IMG/VR virus record: IMGVR_UViG_3300017912_000299
Location: 1-35,169 of that record
Reading direction: 5' to 3' (one strand)
Length of the DNA: 35,169 bases
Origin: a virus
Lineage: Duplodnaviria > Caudoviricetes
The translations under genes were made by a program, and so were the position numbers. Position 1 is the first letter of the stretch. Each line of letters starts with the position of its first letter. The notes under the pieces were generated by a model, which saw nothing but the letters and a program-made list of their open reading frames with translations, made no database searches and was not told the origin of the DNA. Shown piece after piece: positions 28,112 to 35,169 of the stretch.

Positions 28112-28234
28112 CCATATCCATCGAATCGAGGAAACCAACCCCCGGAACTTATAGATTAGTTATAAAGCCCCCACACTGAAACGGAGAACAATGTGAGGGC
28201 TTCGACCAACTAAGAAGAGGTGACCAAACCTCAT
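28071..28234 (-). ncRNA. Predicted phage small RNA with anti-RBS loops
   Basis: It has its own promoter and terminator, four hairpins in two similar units and no usable ORF. One loop is antisense to the polymerase and capsid RBSs. Confidence 0.65.
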
Positions 28235-28240
28235 GCCTAC

Positions 28241-28269
28241 AATATATAGTAGACCGCCCCCACCGTCAA
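28241..28269 (-). promoter_or_regulatory. Sigma70-type promoter for the intergenic sRNA
   Basis: Minus strand TTGACG (28269-28264), a 17 nt spacer, then TATATT (28246-28241). Each hexamer matches consensus at 5 of 6 positions. Confidence 0.75.
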
Positions 28270-28291
28270 CCGATAGTGGGGGTTTTTCTTT
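28257..28291 (+). terminator. Intrinsic terminator of the structural arm
   Basis: CCCCCAC, a 12 nt loop, GTGGGGG, then TTTTTCTTT. Confidence 0.85.
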
Positions 28292-28297
28292 AAAAAC

Positions 28298-30292
28298 TTA
28301 GGTAATATCTACCATTTCACATACATCCCCAGAACACGCCATTGTTCTAGAACCTGCAGTGTTATCCTCTTGTTCATAGAGGTCTAGCTCATCCCAGTTA
28401 ATATCTTTAGGCATAGACGCTAGAAGATCATCATATTCTTTTTTAGAGATATTCTGGTATGGAGCCTGTTGATAGGTGTGTTCCTCAAAAGGTAAGAAGC
28501 TAACCCCAGACATTTCATCAAAATGTTTAAAGACAAAAGAACCCACCTCTAGCCACTCATCAGGTTTGACGTTAATTGTGACGCTAGGCTTATGTTCACA
28601 CCAGTTTCTCTGATAGATTAGCCAAGTCTCTAGCTGTTGAATAGCAGAGAAGTCTTTAGTGCATTTGGCTCCCTCTGGCGCTCTCATAGGAAAGCTAAAT
28701 ACCGTTGTGTGATCTGGCTTCATAAAGTCAGGCTCACTTGGTATGCCCTGATCTTTCATAAACTGAGTGAGAGGGTCTTTGTTATCTCCTCTAACTGTTC
28801 TGATATAGTAGGGCGAGTATCGTGGATGTAATCCACTGGCACTATCCACTAGCTGAGATACAGTCCCTGATGGTTTAACACAAGTTATAGCAGTACTAGC
28901 AGGTATCTCTAGTCTCTCTGCCCACTCTTTATTTGTTTTAACAGCTAACTGCCTAAGATGATTTAGAGTGTTAGCCAATGCTTCATTCTGAGTAGTCAGT
29001 AAAGGATTATCCATGATCCCAGTAAGGCTCACCCCAAGCAGACGCTCTTCCTCTGTATTATCTTTCCACGCTTTTCGTAAGTATGGGAAGTAAGTAAAGG
29101 TAGATTGAATAGTTCCTAAGATAGTAGCTAATCGGACCTTCTTCTCTATAGCTGCAATATCGTCTGTAGCTCTTACTACTACTTCACTAAGGTTACAAAA
29201 CTGCATTGGCCTCAAGCTAATCTCAGAACACGGGTTGCAGCCAAACTCTTGATTAGCGTCCCGTCTGCCACTCATTTCGGCAATACTTTTACAAGCCTCT
29301 CTGTTAAAGATACCACGCTCACCACTTCCGCTTTCTACTAGTGCAGTCCACTCTCTGATAAACGACAATGCATCAGGAGTTTCAGTATAGACTACGCTGT
29401 TGTTAGCCAAGGCTCTGTGTGGAGCATTCTCCCACCACTTTCCTGACTTAGCATGGCGCATTCTATCGTCTGACAAATTAGATAGAGATATCATAGCTGA
29501 ACGTCTAACACCGCCCATCACAATGACTTCGCCTATCTTACACATGATATCGTGACATTCGATAGAAGACAACTTACGTCCTTGAGCATTCTTAAATGTG
29601 GCAATGCTAAAGTTAAACAAATCTACTAGTGGGGCAGGGCCACTGGCTCTACCACCAAACGTCTTTAACCTAGAACCTGCAGGTCTTACTTTCGATACAT
29701 CCCACTGAGGTATTTCACCTGCCCATAACAACGCTAAAATTTGCCTAAATCCTTTGGCCCATCCACGTTTGCTGTCTTGTATAACTACTGTAGTATCTGA
29801 TGCAAATAGGTTCTCAGGCACTTCAGGAAGTTTATGTACATATTGGCGTTCCACACTAAAGCCTACGCCTGTCCCGTTAAGAAGTATATACATAGCTTCA
29901 TCAAACGCTTTAGGATCATCTACTGGTAGGTAGGAACAGTTATACATACAGGTATTATCTCTTTCAGCCGCAGGTCCTGCAGTCATAAGTGACCGCATAG
30001 AAGGCATTATACTAAGGCCAAGGATAGCATCCCGTATTTCATCCACATAGGAGTCACTACCTATTAGAGGCCGAACTACATGGTCCATATACCTCTCTAC
30101 AGTTTCACTCCAAGTTTCCCTTCGCTTCTCATCGTCTAGCCACCTTGCATAGCGAGAAGTGGCTATAAAGGTTTGGTAATCAGTTGGTAAGTAATTGTTC
30201 ATCTTCTTCTCATTAGGTAAGGGGCCTAAACCGAAATACTCTCTTTGAGCATTGGTGTAGGCCATTGCTTCGATATCGTCCCGTGATATCAT
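28298..30292 (-). CDS. nrdJ: Class II (adenosylcobalamin-dependent) ribonucleotide reductase
   Basis: SRYARW..RRETW, MPSMR, YNCSY, GTGVGFSVE, GGVRRSAMI, catalytic NPCSEI, TCVKPSGTVSQL and C-terminal CSGDVC. No small-subunit gene is adjacent. The true start may be the ATG at 30202 (MNNYLPTDYQ). Confidence 0.93.
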   Translation of the reverse strand: MISRDDIEAMAYTNAQREYFGLGPLPNEKKMNNYLPTDYQTFIATSRYARWLDDEKRRETWSETVERYMDHVVRPLIGSDSYVDEIRDAILGLSIMPSMRSLMTAGPAAERDNTCMYNCSYLPVDDPKAFDEAMYILLNGTGVGFSVERQYVHKLPEVPENLFASDTTVVIQDSKRGWAKGFRQILALLWAGEIPQWDVSKVRPAGSRLKTFGGRASGPAPLVDLFNFSIATFKNAQGRKLSSIECHDIMCKIGEVIVMGGVRRSAMISLSNLSDDRMRHAKSGKWWENAPHRALANNSVVYTETPDALSFIREWTALVESGSGERGIFNREACKSIAEMSGRRDANQEFGCNPCSEISLRPMQFCNLSEVVVRATDDIAAIEKKVRLATILGTIQSTFTYFPYLRKAWKDNTEEERLLGVSLTGIMDNPLLTTQNEALANTLNHLRQLAVKTNKEWAERLEIPASTAITCVKPSGTVSQLVDSASGLHPRYSPYYIRTVRGDNKDPLTQFMKDQGIPSEPDFMKPDHTTVFSFPMRAPEGAKCTKDFSAIQQLETWLIYQRNWCEHKPSVTINVKPDEWLEVGSFVFKHFDEMSGVSFLPFEEHTYQQAPYQNISKKEYDDLLASMPKDINWDELDLYEQEDNTAGSRTMACSGDVCEMVDIT

Positions 30293-30298
30293 TGTAAT

Positions 30299-30610
30299 TT
30301 AGTCTTGATTATATTTAGAGTCTTTCTCCAGAATGGAGATAAGTCTGTCTATGTACCATCTGCATTTATACAAGTCTTGCAGAGCTTTTTCCTTGTAGGG
30401 CCACCGCCACAAGTATTTAAAGGCTGACTGCCAACAGTATGCAGCATGGCCTGAAATATCTGATCCTTTAGTCATAGCTTCCATAGCATCAATACATTCT
30501 ATAGAAGAGTTGTTATTGTAGTGAGGTGGGTTTTCTACCATGTCTATTCCAAACGTAGTACTGCCCATAGTAAGAGTTAAATCATCTTTATTAACGTGAG
30601 GTATGCTCAT
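30299..30610 (-). CDS. DUF3310 / SaV-like protein (T7 gp1.7 nucleotide kinase-related)
   Basis: DMVENPPHY..IECIDAM..CWQSAFKYLWRW..K..QDLYKCRWYI. Confidence 0.85.
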   Translation of the reverse strand: MSIPHVNKDDLTLTMGSTTFGIDMVENPPHYNNNSSIECIDAMEAMTKGSDISGHAAYCWQSAFKYLWRWPYKEKALQDLYKCRWYIDRLISILEKDSKYNQD

Positions 30611-30975
30611 CAGTGTATCCTATTCTTCGGGTTTAATTTAATAACATTATCTTTTTTCTTTTTATCTTTATTTTCTTCTATGGCATCCATCAGGGCTTGG
30701 TCTGGTTCAAATATAAACTCATCACCAAAGTCTTCTCCTGATACTGCTTTAGCTATCTCAGATAGTTGTCTAAGCATATTGCCAGTAACAGCAAAACCCT
30801 CCATGCTTATCTTTAATTCATGCATTATCCCGTTAATTACGTCAAGATAAAACATTAGACTTTCTTCATGGTTTTTTAAATCTAAGTTATGTCCTATCTG
30901 AATGTCTACAGCATCTGTATGAGGGTTAACAAATAACTCTAAACGTAAACTATTTAACTCTAAATCATCTGCCAT
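30610..30975 (-). CDS. Hypothetical phage protein
   Basis: Likely start MADDLELN at 30975, overlapping the resolvase end. The C-terminus reads FEPDQALMDAI..DNVIKLNPKNRIH. Confidence 0.65.
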   Translation of the reverse strand: MADDLELNSLRLELFVNPHTDAVDIQIGHNLDLKNHEESLMFYLDVINGIMHELKISMEGFAVTGNMLRQLSEIAKAVSGEDFGDEFIFEPDQALMDAIEENKDKKKKDNVIKLNPKNRIH

Positions 30976-31327
30976 CAGGCTTACCTTTCTCATGCAAACT
31001 AAAGAAATGCTCTGCGTCCACAACTACGAGTGGCTTCTTTCTGTCTGCTTTTAATACTACTAAAGGCTCTGCATTCTGTGGACAGTTTTCAGTAGCTTGA
31101 TCCATTAACTTGTATACTGCAAAATTTTTGTATGCTTTGCATTCAATCGAATAAGGAAACAGCTTACGGGCGGCAGGGCTGAGTTGTACGTCCTCACCAC
31201 CTGCTCCCATAGATGTACTACGACAATCATCAGGCTCTAATTTAGGAAAGATAGCTAGTATCTTGTCCCTAACCCATTGCTGATGCCGCCTACCTTTTGC
31301 TTTAGCTGATTGAACGCTTATAGCCAT
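30965..31327 (-). CDS. PD-(D/E)XK endonuclease, putative Holliday junction resolvase
   Basis: SAKAKGRRHQQWVRD..SMGAGGEDVQLSPAARKLFPYSIECK..EPLVVLK. Confidence 0.8.
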   Translation of the reverse strand: MAISVQSAKAKGRRHQQWVRDKILAIFPKLEPDDCRSTSMGAGGEDVQLSPAARKLFPYSIECKAYKNFAVYKLMDQATENCPQNAEPLVVLKADRKKPLVVVDAEHFFSLHEKGKPDGR

Positions 31328-32088
31328 TTAGGTAGTTCAATAAAGGTATAGCTTCCCCACCCAGTGCCATAATCCAAAGACTGATCTGCAAACGCTATCT
31401 GATCTAATGTATCATGCATACGTTGAGTAGCGTTTTCCATAAGTTCAGGAGTTACAACATGCATATGTGCAACATACGGGCTAGATTTTTCACAGGTTAT
31501 AAACGAGAAAGTTTTCACATCAAACCCTGCTAGTTCTATTACATACTTATAGAACGCAGCCTGAATGTCATATGCATATTTAAAACACTCTTTAGAAAAA
31601 CCTACAGGAGAGGCATCCACAGTTGTCTTAACATCATATACAGCGCCATCATCAGTAATCATAAGATCAGGTCTAGTTTTTAATTCTAAGCCAGTTCTTT
31701 TACACTTCTCAAAGATGCTAACTTCATTCATTCTGTCTTTGTGCCGTAGAGCTTTACTGCACTCAGGATGATCCAAAGCAGACTTAGCCATTCTGTGAGC
31801 CATGTGATACTCGACTTCATTAAGAAGTACCTGATCCTCTTCAAGACTTTCCTCTAATTCTTTAAATGCTTTAGAGGTTTTGGTCTTTGGCCCTTTCACC
31901 ACTAAGTCTCTGTGCTCTTCAAGTAGTAGGGCATGAACAGCCGTACCAAGATTAAACGCTGTAGAAGATTTTTGCCTCTGGCCCTTCCAATGGGCCAAAG
32001 ACTTTTTATACACAGTCTTAACTGTAGATGAGCCGATACCACTCATAGAATGGTATCTCTCATTAGACATATCTTTAATTACGCCCAT
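31318..32088 (-). CDS. RecE / exonuclease VIII-like PD-(D/E)XK nuclease (DUF3799)
   Basis: MSNERYH..IGSS, GTAVHALLLE, LKTRPDL..VYDVKTT, YDIQAAFY and EKSSPY. Confidence 0.88.
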   Translation of the reverse strand: MGVIKDMSNERYHSMSGIGSSTVKTVYKKSLAHWKGQRQKSSTAFNLGTAVHALLLEEHRDLVVKGPKTKTSKAFKELEESLEEDQVLLNEVEYHMAHRMAKSALDHPECSKALRHKDRMNEVSIFEKCKRTGLELKTRPDLMITDDGAVYDVKTTVDASPVGFSKECFKYAYDIQAAFYKYVIELAGFDVKTFSFITCEKSSPYVAHMHVVTPELMENATQRMHDTLDQIAFADQSLDYGTGWGSYTFIELPKWL

Positions 32089-32927
32089 TAGACTGCGGCT
32101 GCTATATAGTCTTGAGATAAGTCTTCTACTGCGTCATATAACTCCGCAGATTCGTCCTCATCCTGAACAACCTTTCTTGCATTTTTATATGCTTCGTCTA
32201 TTCGAGCATTTTCAGATTTTACTAAACCAAAAACGTGCTTGATGCTTTCATCAGCCATCTCGTCCATAGTAATAAGATTATTAAACTGTGGGATAAAATG
32301 CATTACATAATATGATGCACCTTTAGGAGACTTCCGCTTCTCTGCACGAAGTATACTTTCAAAGTCCCAGATATTCATCCCCTGACGCATTTTGTTAATT
32401 ACATCATGGTAAAAAGGACCATAGTTTTTACGCTTTAGTGAAAGTACACACGGCTGATTTTCGATAGTTACCTCTTTACCTTGGGCAGTCTTACCAGTGT
32501 ATGACACTACGCCTCTAATAATGCGGTATCTATCTATTCCGTTATACTTCTCACGTTCCTTGGGGTCCATAGCCTGTTGATCTTCAAAGGTAGGTAGTCC
32601 ACACATAACACCACCCATTTGATCCCTAGCTTCTTCCCGATTGTTTTTAACCAACAAAGATTTGTTAATTAATTTACCATCATCCCAATGTTGATATTGA
32701 ATATGGTTACTGAAGGCGCGAAGCCTTACATTATCTTTTGCATATACCCGATCTTCTGGAGTATTAAGAAAAAATGCACCTAGAGGTATTTGATTACCAT
32801 CTGCATCCTCACCAAAAGAATTAATTTTTAGAGTAGGAATACTGGGAGACTTTGCTCCTACAGACGCTCCTAGTTCTTCACTTATTTCAGCCAAACTCAA
32901 GCCATTTGTTTCTACTAATTCACTCAT
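32088..32927 (-). CDS. Putative single-stranded DNA-binding protein
   Basis: 279 aa between the polymerase and exonuclease, with a beta-rich core and an acidic C-terminal tail. It has its own promoter and an AAGGA RBS. Confidence 0.6.
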   Translation of the reverse strand: MSELVETNGLSLAEISEELGASVGAKSPSIPTLKINSFGEDADGNQIPLGAFFLNTPEDRVYAKDNVRLRAFSNHIQYQHWDDGKLINKSLLVKNNREEARDQMGGVMCGLPTFEDQQAMDPKEREKYNGIDRYRIIRGVVSYTGKTAQGKEVTIENQPCVLSLKRKNYGPFYHDVINKMRQGMNIWDFESILRAEKRKSPKGASYYVMHFIPQFNNLITMDEMADESIKHVFGLVKSENARIDEAYKNARKVVQDEDESAELYDAVEDLSQDYIAAAV

Positions 32928-32954
32928 TTGAGTATCCTTCTATTAAGAGATTTC

Positions 32955-32983
32955 ATTTTATCATTACTAGGCCAACTAATCAA
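32955..32983 (-). promoter_or_regulatory. Sigma70-type promoter for the SSB-exonuclease-RNR genes
   Basis: Minus strand (C)TTGATT, a 17 nt spacer, then TAAAAT with an extended -10 TG. Confidence 0.65.
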
Positions 32984-35130
32984 GCATATTCTTTCTGATC
33001 TAGCCAATTATTTCCCCCTGAGATTTCTATCTCAAGAGGCACTACCATATTATAGTTCCACCTTTGTTGTGCTTCCTTGTCTACTCCTGTCATAGCCCAA
33101 GTCAAAGCCTCTTTAACAGTATCTAATTCATCAGGATAAACATCTACGCATATACTATCGTGTACTGTCAGGATCAACTTTGATTTTAGATTAAGTTCTC
33201 TAAACTTACGCCTAGCTCTGATACAGGCTAATTGAACAATGTCGGCTGCAAATCCCTGTACGGGATAGTTTAGTATCTGAGTTGCATTACTAACTCTATC
33301 TTTCTTGACCCGTACCACAGAAGGCCAGTAGTATTGTCTACCACTTGGAGTTTCCACAATACCATTTCTGAGCGCACCGTCCATAAGCCTCTGATGCCAA
33401 GAGTATATACCTTGGTACACCTCATAAAATTGGCTGAAGTAGGCCCTTATATGCTCTGCCTCTCCTGCGCCAGTGCCTCCAAATAGAGGTAGGAAGGTGT
33501 AGGCTTTTGCTTTCTGACGTTCCTCTTTAGTTACCTCTTCAGGTGGCTTTCTGCCAATGATACTGGCAGTCTGTCTGTGAATGTCTTTACCTTTCAGTAT
33601 ATCCGACAGCCCCTGACTGTCTCTACTGAGTTCCACACAGACTCGAAATTCAAGACCTGAGTAATCCGCTTCTAAAAATGTGCCGCCTTCAAAACGCGAT
33701 ATAAAGGCCTTACGCACGGGGAAGCCTCTTTTGGGCTGATTTTGTAAATTTGGACTCATACCCCCACCAGAGGACAGCCTACCCGTTGCAGCGATGCATT
33801 GGTTGAAGTTGGCATGAAGTAGGCCATTTTCTCTAACCCCACGCTTAATTCCTGCAACAAAACTATTTAAATAAGTAGAAACCGCATTCAGTCTGGTAAG
33901 CATAGTTAGAAACTGTACGGCTTTTACATTATCCTTACGCTCTGCCTGTTTAATTAAACGCTTGATGCTATTCTTATCAGTCTTGAAGCCAAGGATAGAC
34001 GCATCATTAGGGTTCTGAGGAGACAGCTTTAGCCCTGCTACCTCTCCCGTAGGCATATAGATAGCACCACTGGCCTTACAAGTCTTACAGTTAGTTCTGT
34101 TCTTGTAGGGTTCGCCTTGTACTCTATACTTCTTACCTAACTTAGTTTTGGTCTTCACTTTATACTTCTGAATAGACCCTACACCTTGGCAATTAGGACA
34201 CTGAACAGCTTTAGTTCTGTAGACCACCTGAGTTGTAGCCCTGACTGCACTAGTAAATTGCTTCGGAGTCATTCTAGGAGCCATCAATGCTTTACCTGCT
34301 TCGTTAGTTCCTATGTTGAATGTCTGAATGTGGGCTTCTCTGTTCTTTACTTCTCTACTGAAGATAACTTTAGTCATGTCAGCCCCACTATCTAAATTGA
34401 TAGGAGTATCTCCCATAACCTCAGTAACTATATCATTAAGATTTTTAGTTAGCGTCTGTCTTTCAGTTTCAAACTCTTTCTCCACTTGCTCAAGAACATC
34501 CATATCTATCTGAGTGCCGTTGAGTTCTATGTCGCACAAGAACATGAGCATATCATTCATCTGTTTAATTACACTCAGGAGTGATCTGTTATGCTCTTTC
34601 TCAAAGCTCTGCATCTGAGATAGATATATCTCTCCACAAGTCTTTACGTCAGCTATGCCATACTCAGCTACATCGTTTAGGTCTATCTCAGAGAAACACA
34701 TTCCAGATTTAAACTTCTCGTCAACTAAGTCAGATTTTTTGTAACTGTCTGTCTTTCTGCGTATGGCAGTTTCTTTCAGACTGATAGGAAGTCTTCTAGC
34801 TTTACTCAATACAAACTCTGCAATCATGGTGCAGTATATCTTATCAGGTATTAAAAAGCCCATTTCCAATAGCCATTCTACGTCAAACTTGGCATTGTGG
34901 ATTACTAGTAAGTCAGCTTCTTTTAGATATTCCTGTAGCTGATCACCACTGTCGGGTTCTATACATTGGTTGTGGAAGAACACTTCTATCTCCACATGGT
35001 CTACAGTAGTTTCTCCAAGCCATCCATACTGGGCCATCACAGCTTTATTCAAAGGATTTTTAGGAGAGTTATCAATACGCCCGTCCTTTCGGACCACCGT
35101 AGTTTCTAAATCAAGTACAAGTATTTTCAA
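32980..35130 (-). CDS. polA: Family A DNA polymerase with 3'-5' exonuclease and a DnaJ-like zinc-finger insert
   Basis: Exo motifs LDLET, HNAKFD and YGIAD; TGRLSS..NLQN; motif A ADYSGLEFR; motif B RQKAKAYTF; motif C VHDS; insert CPNCQGVG..CKTCKASG. TTG start with a GGAG RBS. Confidence 0.95.
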   Translation of the reverse strand: MKILVLDLETTVVRKDGRIDNSPKNPLNKAVMAQYGWLGETTVDHVEIEVFFHNQCIEPDSGDQLQEYLKEADLLVIHNAKFDVEWLLEMGFLIPDKIYCTMIAEFVLSKARRLPISLKETAIRRKTDSYKKSDLVDEKFKSGMCFSEIDLNDVAEYGIADVKTCGEIYLSQMQSFEKEHNRSLLSVIKQMNDMLMFLCDIELNGTQIDMDVLEQVEKEFETERQTLTKNLNDIVTEVMGDTPINLDSGADMTKVIFSREVKNREAHIQTFNIGTNEAGKALMAPRMTPKQFTSAVRATTQVVYRTKAVQCPNCQGVGSIQKYKVKTKTKLGKKYRVQGEPYKNRTNCKTCKASGAIYMPTGEVAGLKLSPQNPNDASILGFKTDKNSIKRLIKQAERKDNVKAVQFLTMLTRLNAVSTYLNSFVAGIKRGVRENGLLHANFNQCIAATGRLSSGGGMSPNLQNQPKRGFPVRKAFISRFEGGTFLEADYSGLEFRVCVELSRDSQGLSDILKGKDIHRQTASIIGRKPPEEVTKEERQKAKAYTFLPLFGGTGAGEAEHIRAYFSQFYEVYQGIYSWHQRLMDGALRNGIVETPSGRQYYWPSVVRVKKDRVSNATQILNYPVQGFAADIVQLACIRARRKFRELNLKSKLILTVHDSICVDVYPDELDTVKEALTWAMTGVDKEAQQRWNYNMVVPLEIEISGGNNWLDQKEYA

Positions 35131-35168
35131 AAGTCTGGTTCTCCGTTTTCATCAAAGTTAGGTCTTCT
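35127..35168 (-). CDS. 3' end of the upstream gene (truncated by the window)
   Basis: Minus frame reads RRPNFDENGEPDF*. Its TGA overlaps the polymerase TTG start (TTGA). Confidence 0.5.
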   Translation of the reverse strand, partial: RRPNFDENGEPDF

Positions 35169-35169
35169 A

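Larger units (their letters stand above)
1..35169. mobile_element. Podovirus genome fragment, HMO-2011-type / Zobellviridae-like marine phage
   Basis: Contiguous capsid, tail, ejection and lysis genes on + converge on replication genes on -. PolA carries a DnaJ-like Zn-finger insert and the RNR is class II. No host genes are seen. Confidence 0.9.

Noticed and set aside
28183-28196. Plus-strand SD-ATG-TGA micro-ORF (GGAGAACAATGTGA)
   Set aside because: It is a one-codon frame and is better explained as the complement of the anti-RBS loop.
28071-28297. CRISPR mini-array or tRNA in the inter-arm gap
   Set aside because: There are no identical direct repeats, no cloverleaf and no TTC T-loop in the right context. 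The similarity between units is structural only.
30976-31023. N-terminal 16 aa of the 137 aa ORF
   Set aside because: It lies inside the resolvase gene. The ATG at 30975 gives a normal short overlap.
28298-35130. Inteins or group I introns in nrdJ or polA
   Set aside because: Both frames are continuous and of normal length, with no splice-junction motifs or homing endonuclease.
1653-35161. Numerous 60-130 aa antisense or alternative-frame ORFs in the track
   Set aside because: They are nested in long genes with normal codon bias and lack RBSs or motifs. Only the overlapping spanin pair was kept.

Overview
A 35 kb fragment of an AT-rich marine podophage. It is best read as HMO-2011-type (Zobellviridae-like) because it has a family A DNA polymerase with an inserted DnaJ-like CxxCxGxG zinc finger, a class II B12-dependent RNR and a P22-like capsid and tail module. 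The host is probably an alphaproteobacterium (inference). Two arms converge near 28.1-28.3 kb. The + arm (1-28071) holds two unusual modular head-region proteins, scaffold, major capsid, adaptor and nozzle, a multi-gene tail fibre cluster, a GNAT-like protein, ejection proteins and an embedded lysis cassette. The - arm (28298-35169) holds DNA polymerase, SSB, RecE-like exonuclease, resolvase, DUF3310 protein and NrdJ. The most striking signal is a predicted ~165 nt small RNA between the arms. It has its own sigma70-type promoter and terminator, and one loop is perfectly antisense to the Shine-Dalgarno regions of the DNA polymerase gene (11 nt) and the major capsid gene (9 nt). Other notable signals are an identical asymmetric internal loop (GG-AC/AUAC-CC) repeated three times in the scaffold and capsid leaders, polymorphic cargo-like proteins with xxxGG tags, and apparent avoidance of CCAGC/CCWGG. 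All calls come from manual reading; no database searches were run.
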